41,697 nucleotides of DNA, taken from positions 1 through 41,697 of IMG/VR virus record IMGVR_UViG_3300020171_000733; one strand, written 5' to 3'. Position 1 is the first letter of the stretch; every line of letters starts with the position of its first letter. The notes beneath the pieces are model-generated. The model ran no database searches and had not been told where the DNA came from. It saw nothing but the letters and a program-made list of their open reading frames with translations. A program made the translations under genes and the position numbers. This DNA is from a virus. Its lineage: Duplodnaviria; Caudoviricetes. This document shows, piece after piece, positions 26,238 to 34,422 of this stretch.

Positions 26238-26909
26238 CTTTCCTCCTTTTATTTTTTCAATGTTTCCCATTGATAATGATTCTTGATTTATGGCTTCTCT
26301 CATGGCCATTACGAAAGTGGCACCTTGGTCTGCCGGACAGGGCACTAAAGAAAGCTCGGCAAAATTTATCCCCCTGGCAATCATACTCCCATCTTTATCT
26401 TCTACTAATTCTTTTGCATATGCCCCGACAGAAACAGTATTTAATACTCCCTCTTGGATCATTGATTTGATTTTCTCATCTGTTATTTTAGCTTTGAAAT
26501 CTATTCTTTTTAATTCATTGTTCCATTCTGCCTCTATGACCTTTCCTTTGATGTTCTCGACTTTCTGCTCGTGATCTACTAAAAGAGGCTTATTCATCAA
26601 ACTTGGAACTGCCTTTTCTAATTCTTCAGCGATGTATTTGTGATTGTTTAAAGTAGTCACCTCATTTATTGCTACTCCAGAAATCATAAAATCTTTAAAT
26701 CCTTCAGAGATTACTCTTTCAGAGAATTCAATCGGGATAGCATATTCAAGCATGAATTTTTCACTTGGTGATTTGCCATATTTTTTCTTATAAGTCGCAG
26801 TGGCCATTGCATAAGCTTTTGATTCTATTTCTTTATCGGAAAGATTGGGATATTGCGACCTAAGACTTTTCTTTATTGCAGAAACCATGTCATCAAAGGC
26901 TTTGGGCAT
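25944..26909 (-). CDS. Prohead protease with N-terminal ChaB-like and C-terminal scaffold regions
   Basis: LLVDH, VSVG, ELSLVPCPAD. Confidence 0.9.
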   Translation of the reverse strand: MPKAFDDMVSAIKKSLRSQYPNLSDKEIESKAYAMATATYKKKYGKSPSEKFMLEYAIPIEFSERVISEGFKDFMISGVAINEVTTLNNHKYIAEELEKAVPSLMNKPLLVDHEQKVENIKGKVIEAEWNNELKRIDFKAKITDEKIKSMIQEGVLNTVSVGAYAKELVEDKDGSMIARGINFAELSLVPCPADQGATFVMAMREAINQESLSMGNIEKIKGGKMEQTLEDNSKVIAELQEKVKVYEAEKRQNLIESYKKLCNEKSVQSLDVSNFSDEVIKSLMEQLKSVKVVTHEKAEVKEEVKDGFILEKSAKGFALYK

Positions 26910-26930
26910 CCCAATTAAACCTATTTTAAG

Positions 26931-26962
26931 TATTTAAATTTTCAATTATCTGTATATACTAC
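26931..26962 (-). promoter_or_regulatory. Late promoter motif
   Basis: TATA 22 nt from protease ATG. Confidence 0.8.
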
Positions 26963-27291
26963 TTTTGTTCAGTTAAATCTGTAAATTCTTCATGTTGTCG
27001 CTCACGATATAATTGTGAATCAGATCCTTTCTTAGTTCTGGGGGGATTCCTAGCATTGAATTCTAAATGTGCTCTTGTCCCGGCTAACTTGTTTGTTATT
27101 CCTAAAGAATTAAGTTTTCCAACTGCTCCCCCTGATCCAGTCCAGTCTGTCCAACCCCCAGTATTTCTCACATCATCGGTATTAAGTGCAGAAGAAGGAC
27201 TTGAACATTCATGAACAATATCTGTTGTATCTGCAGAGCAGTAAATTCTTGCTTGGCATCTAGGGCAAAAGTAAAATCCAGGTAAACTCAT
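26959..27291 (-). CDS. Hypothetical protein (CxxC..HxC)
   Basis: ORF track. Confidence 0.65.
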   Translation of the reverse strand: MSLPGFYFCPRCQARIYCSADTTDIVHECSSPSSALNTDDVRNTGGWTDWTGSGGAVGKLNSLGITNKLAGTRAHLEFNARNPPRTKKGSDSQLYRERQHEEFTDLTEQK

Positions 27292-27881
27292 TTTAATCCC
27301 CTATGGATATCTTTATGACAATCTTGACATAAAGTCTGGCCATTAGTTATATCAAATATCCATTCTTTTTTATTCTTTTCTACACATTCTTTTATAGGAT
27401 AAATATGATGAGCATGAATATATCCCTTTTTCAAACAGCAACAACATTCATAATTATCTCTTTGGAATACGGACTTTCTCCATTCTCTCAATTCGTGACA
27501 TGTTCTTAATCTATGATTTTCAGTAGATATTCCACCTTTCCATGCACCATTTTTATCTCCCCTCAAAGAACCCCTTTCAATGATCGTTCTACTTCTTTTT
27601 TCTAGTGCTTCTTTTGTTTTTATCTGAGATTTATTTGAGCATTCTAAAGAACAATATATTTTTCTTTTGCTTTCATAATCTTTGAATTCTTTTCCACATT
27701 TTTTGCATCTAATATTTATTTTATCAATTCTTTTTCCTAATTTTCCAAATTGATTTCCTTTTTCAAATGGTTTAAATGTGATCCCCTTATGATAACATTT
27801 ATTGCATCTTGTTCCATTTTCCCAAACAAGATTCCCACAATCAATACAATTGAATCTTTTGACTTGTATTTTTACTCCCAT
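27288..27881 (-). CDS. HNH endonuclease with Zn fingers
   Basis: WRKSVFQRDNYEC..AHHI..NGQTLCQDCH. Confidence 0.9.
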   Translation of the reverse strand: MGVKIQVKRFNCIDCGNLVWENGTRCNKCYHKGITFKPFEKGNQFGKLGKRIDKINIRCKKCGKEFKDYESKRKIYCSLECSNKSQIKTKEALEKRSRTIIERGSLRGDKNGAWKGGISTENHRLRTCHELREWRKSVFQRDNYECCCCLKKGYIHAHHIYPIKECVEKNKKEWIFDITNGQTLCQDCHKDIHRGLK

Positions 27882-28030
27882 AGTTCAAGCATCCTCTTTT
27901 TGTTTCTTTCATTGACTATCATAAAGCAATTTCCACACAACCACATTCCATTTATATTCATTATAACTATCCCTGGCTGAGTTGTTGCACCGCATTTTTT
28001 ACATGCGCAATTAATTAATTGATTATCCAT
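27872..28030 (-). CDS. Small Zn-finger protein
   Basis: CACKKC..WLCGNC. Confidence 0.6.
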   Translation of the reverse strand: MDNQLINCACKKCGATTQPGIVIMNINGMWLCGNCFMIVNERNKKRMLELWE

Positions 28031-29952
28031 TATCCTGTTATATCTTTTGACACTGGCAAACTTGAACATCTGCAATATGGATGAATACTATTTCTCACAT
28101 CTGTGTATTCATTCAATGTAAAAATCTGTCCGTTTAGACCCATACACTCATTACAAGTTCTTTCACTTATACTTGCTAACCATGATACTTTTTCATATCC
28201 TGCTTCTTTATAATCCTCGATTAAACCTAGATTGGCTAATCTTAAAGTTTCAGTCCTTGCTATTGCTATTGGTCTTTCCTCTTTGGTCAGTCTTAATTTT
28301 TTGTCCCCATCTTCTGTCAGAGTATATCTATCTTTTAGATCTATGTTTTCTTTTATGTCATTGGAAATATCTGATATTGATTTTCCATCTTTAAAACCAT
28401 TCTTCAATATAATCTTAAGTTTTTTAATATCCTCTTCTTTTAATAATCCTAATTCAATGGCTTTTTCGTAAGTCATGTCTTTTTGAAGACTTGCATTTAA
28501 TTTTTCAAAATCATCTTTGGTTATTTCCTTGTTGATGCTCTTCAGATAATCTTTGTAATTAAATCCTATGAATTCGATTAATGGCTTGTCATTAAACATA
28601 TCCAAACTTTCATGTATATGAATGCATTGAGCTATTGGAATCTTGGGTTGTTTTTCTGATTCTTCTTTTTTTCTTTCTTTGTCTGGAGTTTTAGTTTTTG
28701 TATTTCCTAACTGTGTTTGCATGTTGATTCTGTCCTCTTCCGCTCGTGCAGTTACGTCTTCTACACTAGGTAAAATATCAATATCTATTCCAAGCAATTT
28801 GGCCACTTCTATCTCAAGAGATGCCTTCAATTGTGGAGATATCCCTAAAGTGGCCATCATTCTCTGCAACCGGTCTAATTTATCATTAATATCAGATTCA
28901 GAGGCCATATTCCATTCAAATTCTACCTTTGCTTGTCGGCCATTATTGGCTAGAACAACTTTGAATATCCTCTCTTCAACTATTCGCTCTATAATCGTCT
29001 GAATAGATTTGATTCTTCGCATGAATGTGTCTTTCTGGTCTTTGGCTATTCCTTCTGGGATGTTTCCTTTTCCCATTATTACTTCAGGGACCTGGAAATC
29101 ATAAATCAACATGGACATATCATGATCTAATATCCCTGCAAACTTTTCTCCCAAATTCCCAAAATCAACAGATTTAATATCCACTCTATGATCAGTGACC
29201 CACTCTTGGAAGCATCTTAGATATTCTAATTTACCCCCCATTGCACTTAGATCCCCTGGTCTGGCAGGTTCTTCGGGTGTTCCAACTTTAATATGATAAG
29301 GTGTACCAGCTTTTCGTGAGACAACCAAATGCATGTCTTTCTCATTTTGCAGCAAATAATTTATATGAGTCAATGCTGGGTAGATTATCCCATAACCATA
29401 TGCACTATCCCCTATCTTATTAATCGGCAAATGGATTATCTGATTAGGATTGAAATTATTTATTTTATTCAAGTTAAAGTTTTTGTCTATTTTTCCAAAA
29501 TATTGGTTATATCCAAGCACTTCTCCTTTTCTGTTCCTTTCTATGAAGATATTATTTGCATTTAAAACTCTGATTTGATTCTCATTATCTATTTCCATGA
29601 ATCCATTCCCTTTGGCCAATGCTTCTCTTAGCCAGTCTCTTATGATAATCTTGAAGTTGCTGTCTTCTATCCACATCCTGATTATGTCTTCTGAAATCTG
29701 ATCATCTTTGCAATGCACTTGGAAATCTGTCCCTGCGATAAAATCTACATGCTTATCAACTGCACTTGTTGAGAATCCGAATTTTTTGTAGACTCCCTCT
29801 GCTTGTTCAAAAGAAAAAGGATGCTCTTCTCCTAGACTTTTTGGAAACTTAACTTCATTTATTACAACTTCTCCTTGTAGTTTTTCAGAAATGATCTTAT
29901 CAGGGATATAGATTATGTCTCTTATCCCTTCTTTTACTTTCACTCTCTTCAT
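28030..29952 (-). CDS. Portal protein fused to a C-terminal MuF (Phage_Mu_F/SPP1 gp7) domain
   Basis: KGNGFMEI, IIHL..YG portal motifs; IARTET..ERTCNEC..HPYCRC MuF motifs. Confidence 0.9.
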   Translation of the reverse strand: MKRVKVKEGIRDIIYIPDKIISEKLQGEVVINEVKFPKSLGEEHPFSFEQAEGVYKKFGFSTSAVDKHVDFIAGTDFQVHCKDDQISEDIIRMWIEDSNFKIIIRDWLREALAKGNGFMEIDNENQIRVLNANNIFIERNRKGEVLGYNQYFGKIDKNFNLNKINNFNPNQIIHLPINKIGDSAYGYGIIYPALTHINYLLQNEKDMHLVVSRKAGTPYHIKVGTPEEPARPGDLSAMGGKLEYLRCFQEWVTDHRVDIKSVDFGNLGEKFAGILDHDMSMLIYDFQVPEVIMGKGNIPEGIAKDQKDTFMRRIKSIQTIIERIVEERIFKVVLANNGRQAKVEFEWNMASESDINDKLDRLQRMMATLGISPQLKASLEIEVAKLLGIDIDILPSVEDVTARAEEDRINMQTQLGNTKTKTPDKERKKEESEKQPKIPIAQCIHIHESLDMFNDKPLIEFIGFNYKDYLKSINKEITKDDFEKLNASLQKDMTYEKAIELGLLKEEDIKKLKIILKNGFKDGKSISDISNDIKENIDLKDRYTLTEDGDKKLRLTKEERPIAIARTETLRLANLGLIEDYKEAGYEKVSWLASISERTCNECMGLNGQIFTLNEYTDVRNSIHPYCRCSSLPVSKDITG

Positions 29953-29974
29953 TAAAATATTATATTTTACTAAT

Positions 29975-30005
29975 TATTTAAATGTTCAAAAACCTGTATA
30001 TACTA
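29975..30005 (-). promoter_or_regulatory. Late promoter motif
   Basis: TATA 23 nt from portal ATG. Confidence 0.8.
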
Positions 30006-30077
30006 AGGTCACAGCCGGAATTGAACCGGCATCAAAGAGGTACAGACTCCTTATGTTAACCATTACACCATATGACC
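30006..30077 (-). tRNA. tRNA-Thr(UGU), atypical loop (C33)
   Basis: Acceptor GGTCATA/TGTGACC; AGGAG-TCTGTAC-CTCTT; GCCGG-TTCAATT-CCGGC. Confidence 0.75.
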
Positions 30078-30078
30078 A

Positions 30079-30149
30079 TGGGCATAGAATGAATCGAACA
30101 TTCATCATCAGCACATCGGGCTGACGCATTACCATTATGCAATATGCCC
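30079..30149 (-). tRNA. tRNA-Ile(GAU), atypical loop (C33, G37, U38)
   Basis: GGGCATA/TATGCCC; TCAGC-CCGATGT-GCTGA; GAATG-TTCGATT-CATTC. Confidence 0.8.
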
Positions 30150-30190
30150 TTTGTTTAATTGTTCAATTTATATACTTTACAATTAAACTA

Positions 30191-30261
30191 TTCCCCTACC
30201 AGGGGTCGAACCTGGACCACAGAATTCAAAGTCCTGTATGCTTCCATTGCACCATAGGGGT
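30191..30261 (-). tRNA. tRNA-Gln(UUG)
   Basis: CAGGA-CTTTGAA-TTCTG; CCAGG-TTCGACC-CCTGG; A1:A72 mismatch. Confidence 0.9.
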
Positions 30262-30262
30262 A

Positions 30263-30333
30263 TGGGACTGTTCAGAATCGAACTGAAATCTGATGTTCCC
30301 AAAACACCTATACTGCCATTATAATACAGCCCC
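30263..30333 (-). tRNA. tRNA-Pro(UGG)
   Basis: GGGGCTG/CAGTCCC; GGTGT-TTTGGGA-ACATC; TTCAG-TTCGATT-CTGAA. Confidence 0.9.
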
Positions 30334-30341
30334 GACTAGAA

Positions 30342-30374
30342 TTATTGCGTCGTGATGGGCTGTTGTGTTGTCAT
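30342..30374 (-). CDS. Putative leader peptide MTTQQPITTQ of the tRNA operon
   Basis: ATG 22 nt after TATA (30396-30403), the same spacing as leaderless genes; composition matches the four tRNAs. Confidence 0.6.
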   Translation of the reverse strand: MTTQQPITTQ

Positions 30375-30395
30375 AAGTAAATGTGTGATCTTTTA

Positions 30396-30409
30396 TTTAT
30401 AAATGTTAT
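30396..30409 (-). promoter_or_regulatory. BRE-TATA promoter of the tRNA operon
   Basis: AACATTTATAAA. Confidence 0.7.
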
Positions 30410-31791
30410 CTCTTGTTTGCTCCGAAGACCTCATAAGGGGCAGATTGTTTACAAGAAAGCGCCAAAGCAATCGACCAGAACGCATCTCCATGACCGTCTG
30501 CTGTCTCAATTGAATCAAGGTTGTTATTGACCGCTAGGATACTATTGATCATTCGTTGGTCATTCTGCAGTCTTAATTGTCCAATCAGAACAAACTTTTC
30601 AAAATTACTCGCCAGACTGAATTTCTCCTTGGCGGTAAATGGGACTGGCCTCCACAAACTCCTATGACAAACTCCAGACTCCATGAATGATTCGAGCTCT
30701 CCTCTAGTATTATCAAACCTTATCTGATCAATCATTAGAACCTCGGCTATGTTGTTGATGAATTCCACTTGCTTGAGATAGTCCCAGTTGTCGAAGAAAA
30801 TCTGATATATCTGCCTGTATAATCCTTTAGGATTCACTTCAAAGACAGTAAAATGAGACGGATGGACATGCTTGCCTATATCAAATCCTCCAACTATCAT
30901 CGTTTTAGATGATTTGCTCTCAGTCTTCTTTTGATTGATTAATTGGTTGTCTATCAGATTCAAGATAGCATCTCTTTTAAAGAATGCATCCTCTGACCAG
31001 ACCGGAGAGCATTGATACTCTTTGTTAAATGCTCTTTCGCCTAGTTCGACGTTTCTCAGATCGATCAGTCTCTCATAGGGGAACAGTTCGGGCCACAATA
31101 CCTCATGAGTAACTTCATTTATTATTGCTGGATTGCACGACCATGCAAAGTTCTTGTTCTCCTTCAGCTTGAAGAATAAATCCTGACTATGCTGGGCCGT
31201 CCCTAGTACTTTAATCTCCCCTCCTTCGCTTGGGATAGACATTATTTCTTCGAAGAATATTCTGTTAGCCTTCTCTATTTTGACTGGTTCGAGCATAATT
31301 GTCGGATCACTAAGCACATCATCTGCCAAAATCAACGTCGCCCTACGTCCTCTTTTTAGAGACTCCATTCCGCTCGGTTCGATTCTATGTATGAACTGTA
31401 TCTTCTCATAATCACTCTTAGACCAGGTTCCCTTAATCTCGGACTCAGCAGAACTCAGATCCCTATATTCCTTGAAATAGGGGTTCAATTGAATTAACTT
31501 CTTGATGTTTCTGATATGGTATCTGGCTAGATCTTCCTTCAAACTAATGTACAATATCTCCTGATTCTCTTGGACTGACCTGAACAGTTTCCACATGATG
31601 TAGGCATATCCTATTGTAGATTTAAGATGCCTTCTAGCCGATAGGATGGCCACATTCCGATTGTCCTGTATCAAATCCGCCCATTTGTCCAAGTGAGGAG
31701 TGGGTTTGATATTCTCATAGGACTTAAAAAATATATTATTCAGAAAGACCTTGAAAGATTGTACTGCCTCAATGATGAGTTTTTCATTCAT
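30406..31791 (-). CDS. terL: Terminase large subunit
   Basis: Variant Walker A ARRHLKST, Walker B ILADD, GTAQ, FNKEYQC, nuclease GFDIG and HGDAFWS. Confidence 0.93.
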   Translation of the reverse strand: MNEKLIIEAVQSFKVFLNNIFFKSYENIKPTPHLDKWADLIQDNRNVAILSARRHLKSTIGYAYIMWKLFRSVQENQEILYISLKEDLARYHIRNIKKLIQLNPYFKEYRDLSSAESEIKGTWSKSDYEKIQFIHRIEPSGMESLKRGRRATLILADDVLSDPTIMLEPVKIEKANRIFFEEIMSIPSEGGEIKVLGTAQHSQDLFFKLKENKNFAWSCNPAIINEVTHEVLWPELFPYERLIDLRNVELGERAFNKEYQCSPVWSEDAFFKRDAILNLIDNQLINQKKTESKSSKTMIVGGFDIGKHVHPSHFTVFEVNPKGLYRQIYQIFFDNWDYLKQVEFINNIAEVLMIDQIRFDNTRGELESFMESGVCHRSLWRPVPFTAKEKFSLASNFEKFVLIGQLRLQNDQRMINSILAVNNNLDSIETADGHGDAFWSIALALSCKQSAPYEVFGANKR

Positions 31792-32972
31792 AACTTCACC
31801 GCTTGTTGTTTTGTCAATTTCTCGAAACGTTCGATTATGACTGAACAATAAAACGGATCTATCTCCATTCCGTAACACGTCCTGTTAGTTTGTTCACATG
31901 CTATTAAAGTGCTGCCTGAACCTAAAAATCCATCATATACTATCTCATTTTGCCTGCTTCCATGCCTTATTAATTCGCTTAGAAGATTGATCGGTTTCAT
32001 GGTTGGGTGCTCTTTACTGACTAATGGTTTATCAAAGTTTAATACATCTGTTTGAAAATCTCCGTAGAATTCATGTTTGCCCATCCAACCATATATAATA
32101 TTCTCACTTTTAGGATTATAATCCAATCTGCCCAATACATGATTATTTTTTATCCATTTTAAGTCTTGAGAATAGTAAAGTCCTGCTTCTGAAAAAGCGT
32201 TAATGACGTTAGCTATCTCCTTGCCGGATGTAAAGAGATATACTGTATTCTTGTTTTCATAAGGAATTACTTTAAGAAAATCTACTATTAACTTCTTGAA
32301 ATCAATGATATTATCATTTTCTATTGGTGTCTGGTTACGATTGCCTTTATCTATCTTATTTAAAAAATCATTCTTAGAACTGTAATCTACATTGTATGGA
32401 GGGTCAGTTAAGATCATATTAGCCTTTAAACTCTGCATTAGAGCCCCAACGTCTGCTTTGTTTGTGCAATCCCCACACATTATGCGGTGCCTTCCTAATT
32501 GCCATATTTCTCCTTTTTCTATCTTATATTTGGCCTCTTTGGGTTCTTCAAAATCATCCTCTTCTGTCTGAATGAATTTGCTTATTTCATTCTCAGACAA
32601 CCCAGTTAAATCTAGAGGGTAGTTTAATTTACTTAAGTCAATTATCTCATCTTTAAGTAAATCATAATTCCAATCACTGTATTCAATGCTTTTATTATCC
32701 ATGATTCTGAATCCACGAATTTGTTCATCAGTTAAATTATCCGCCCAGATCACTGGAACTTCTGTCATGCCTAATCTTTTGGCACTTTCAATTCTAGTAT
32801 GACCCGCAACAATAACATTATTTTTATCTAAAATAATTGGCACCAAGAATCCATATTGTGATATACTTTTCATCACAATTGGAATAGATTTTTCATTACG
32901 CCTTGGATTTTTGGAGTAAGATTGAATCTCCGCAATTGGGATATATTCAACAGATATTCTTTCTTCTGTCAT
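31788..32972 (-). CDS. ParB-like domain + N6/N4 DNA methyltransferase (beta class)
   Basis: KNPRRN..IVAGHTR; TDPPY; HPTMKP; FLGSGST. Confidence 0.93.
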   Translation of the reverse strand: MTEERISVEYIPIAEIQSYSKNPRRNEKSIPIVMKSISQYGFLVPIILDKNNVIVAGHTRIESAKRLGMTEVPVIWADNLTDEQIRGFRIMDNKSIEYSDWNYDLLKDEIIDLSKLNYPLDLTGLSENEISKFIQTEEDDFEEPKEAKYKIEKGEIWQLGRHRIMCGDCTNKADVGALMQSLKANMILTDPPYNVDYSSKNDFLNKIDKGNRNQTPIENDNIIDFKKLIVDFLKVIPYENKNTVYLFTSGKEIANVINAFSEAGLYYSQDLKWIKNNHVLGRLDYNPKSENIIYGWMGKHEFYGDFQTDVLNFDKPLVSKEHPTMKPINLLSELIRHGSRQNEIVYDGFLGSGSTLIACEQTNRTCYGMEIDPFYCSVIIERFEKLTKQQAVKL

Positions 32973-33475
32973 ATATTCCTCCAATTAATTCCAGTTTTTA
33001 TCCCACTAATGCATCCCCTACTAACTCCAAATTTCTCGGCTATTTTTGTCTCAGGGATTTTCTGAAGCAATAAATATCTAATATCATTCACTTGATATTG
33101 ATTTAACTTTGAATTATAGTGATTTTCACCTCTTATGGGTACATTTAATCCATTTTTAAAACTATGAATGACATTCTCTTTCCATGTAGCCCATTCTAAA
33201 TTAGAAACATCATTATTACTCTTGTCTCCATCCTTATGATTGATGGTAGGTTTATTATCAGGATTTGGAATGAATGCTTTTGCCACTAATCTATAGACTT
33301 TTTCTTTCTTTGCAATCCCTTTATCATTGAATAATTTGACATAACAATACCCTTTTTTATACTTAAGAATTTTCATTTCCTTAAACTGCCCTGTATGATT
33401 ATAATTTTCACTGAATACTCTTCCTTCACTTGATATAAGATATCGAGAATATCCTTCTATTTTTCCTATTTCCAT
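32969..33475 (-). CDS. NUMOD4-HNH endonuclease with C-terminal HTH
   Basis: YLISSEGRV..RLVAKAFIPNP..NHKDGDKSNN..NLEW. Confidence 0.92.
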   Translation of the reverse strand: MEIGKIEGYSRYLISSEGRVFSENYNHTGQFKEMKILKYKKGYCYVKLFNDKGIAKKEKVYRLVAKAFIPNPDNKPTINHKDGDKSNNDVSNLEWATWKENVIHSFKNGLNVPIRGENHYNSKLNQYQVNDIRYLLLQKIPETKIAEKFGVSRGCISGIKTGINWRNI

Positions 33476-33870
33476 TATTCCATCTTCCTGGCTAATAATA
33501 TCAAATTCTGAATAGACATGGGATCAGTTTTTAATTCTATTTTCTCTGGTTCTACTTTTATCATCCCTAATTTGCCTAGTCTTTCAGTCTTAGAATTAAT
33601 CACTTCATTTAATGCCCTTAGATTAGGTGCGTTCTGTTCTTTTTGAAATAGTTTCCATGCTTCTTCTTGCAATCTTATATAATTATTTACAACTTCTTTG
33701 GTCAGACTGGAATTATCCATCTGCCTGTTTATTTCTTTAAATCTTTCTTCTTTATACTTGCCTACTGTAGTCCTATCTAGATTTAATGCTTTGGCTATCT
33801 CTGTGTCTGAGTAACCCATTAACTTCAGCAGTTCAACCTGCTTCTTTTTTACTTCTTTATCTGCTGACAT
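33475..33870 (-). CDS. terS: Terminase small subunit (HTH)
   Basis: GYSDTEIAKALNLDRTTV HTH; LGM..PEKIE C-term; upstream of TerL. Confidence 0.65.
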   Translation of the reverse strand: MSADKEVKKKQVELLKLMGYSDTEIAKALNLDRTTVGKYKEERFKEINRQMDNSSLTKEVVNNYIRLQEEAWKLFQKEQNAPNLRALNEVINSKTERLGKLGMIKVEPEKIELKTDPMSIQNLILLARKME

Positions 33871-33898
33871 AGAATATGATGAATATTGATGAGTGAGT

Positions 33899-33963
33899 GC
33901 ACCGGATTGAGCACTATCTGCAGTCCAAACTGGTGGTTTAGCTAACACTCAATCCGTTTGTGC
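33899..33963 (-). other. Long imperfect hairpin upstream of terS
   Basis: CGGATTGAG...CTCAATCCG core inverted repeat, extended by GU pairs. Confidence 0.6.
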
Positions 33964-33965
33964 CT

Positions 33966-34409
33966 CTAATCAAAGATTGTGAATTCACAGCCCCTAACAT
34001 TGCATCTGTATTTCTTCCATTTGTCCATGGTTATGCCTTTTGTCTTCTCTTTTCCAGCATTCTTGGTTTCTCCTTCTTTTATGAATTTGAACCTTTCAGG
34101 TTTGCCGTAATCTTCTATATCTGGTAATTTGATTCCTAATTTCTTGAAATTAGCAACATATCCAGATTCTCCTTCTATCTGCTTGATCAATTGCTCATAA
34201 TCTTGATAGCAACATCTTCTGCAGAATGGCTTCTTCTGTTTTCTGTACTCTTGGGCTTTCTCTTCTACTTTAGCATGAAAGTCATCTTTATGGGTTTTGA
34301 CTACTCCTTTGCTATTCATTATAGGAACGAAAGCTGAGGTATTGTCTCCTCTAACAGGGCCAGTTACTTCGCTTTTGTCAGGGTCTCTTACTATTATTGA
34401 ATCTGCTAT
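33966..34409 (-). CDS. Hypothetical Zn-binding protein, probable ATA start
   Basis: CRRC..CNVRGC; frame open to ATA 6 nt after AGGAGG. Confidence 0.6.
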   Translation of the reverse strand: MADSIIVRDPDKSEVTGPVRGDNTSAFVPIMNSKGVVKTHKDDFHAKVEEKAQEYRKQKKPFCRRCCYQDYEQLIKQIEGESGYVANFKKLGIKLPDIEDYGKPERFKFIKEGETKNAGKEKTKGITMDKWKKYRCNVRGCEFTIFD

Positions 34410-34422
34410 ATTATTCCTCCTT

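Noticed and set aside
30006-30077. Reading this tRNA as Tyr(GUA)
   Set aside because: It requires a shifted, poorly paired anticodon stem; the standard register gives UGU, matching the leader's Thr codons.
32969-33475. HNH genes as intron-encoded ORFs splitting host genes
   Set aside because: Flanking genes appear complete and abut or overlap the HNH ORFs, leaving no room for ribozyme cores.
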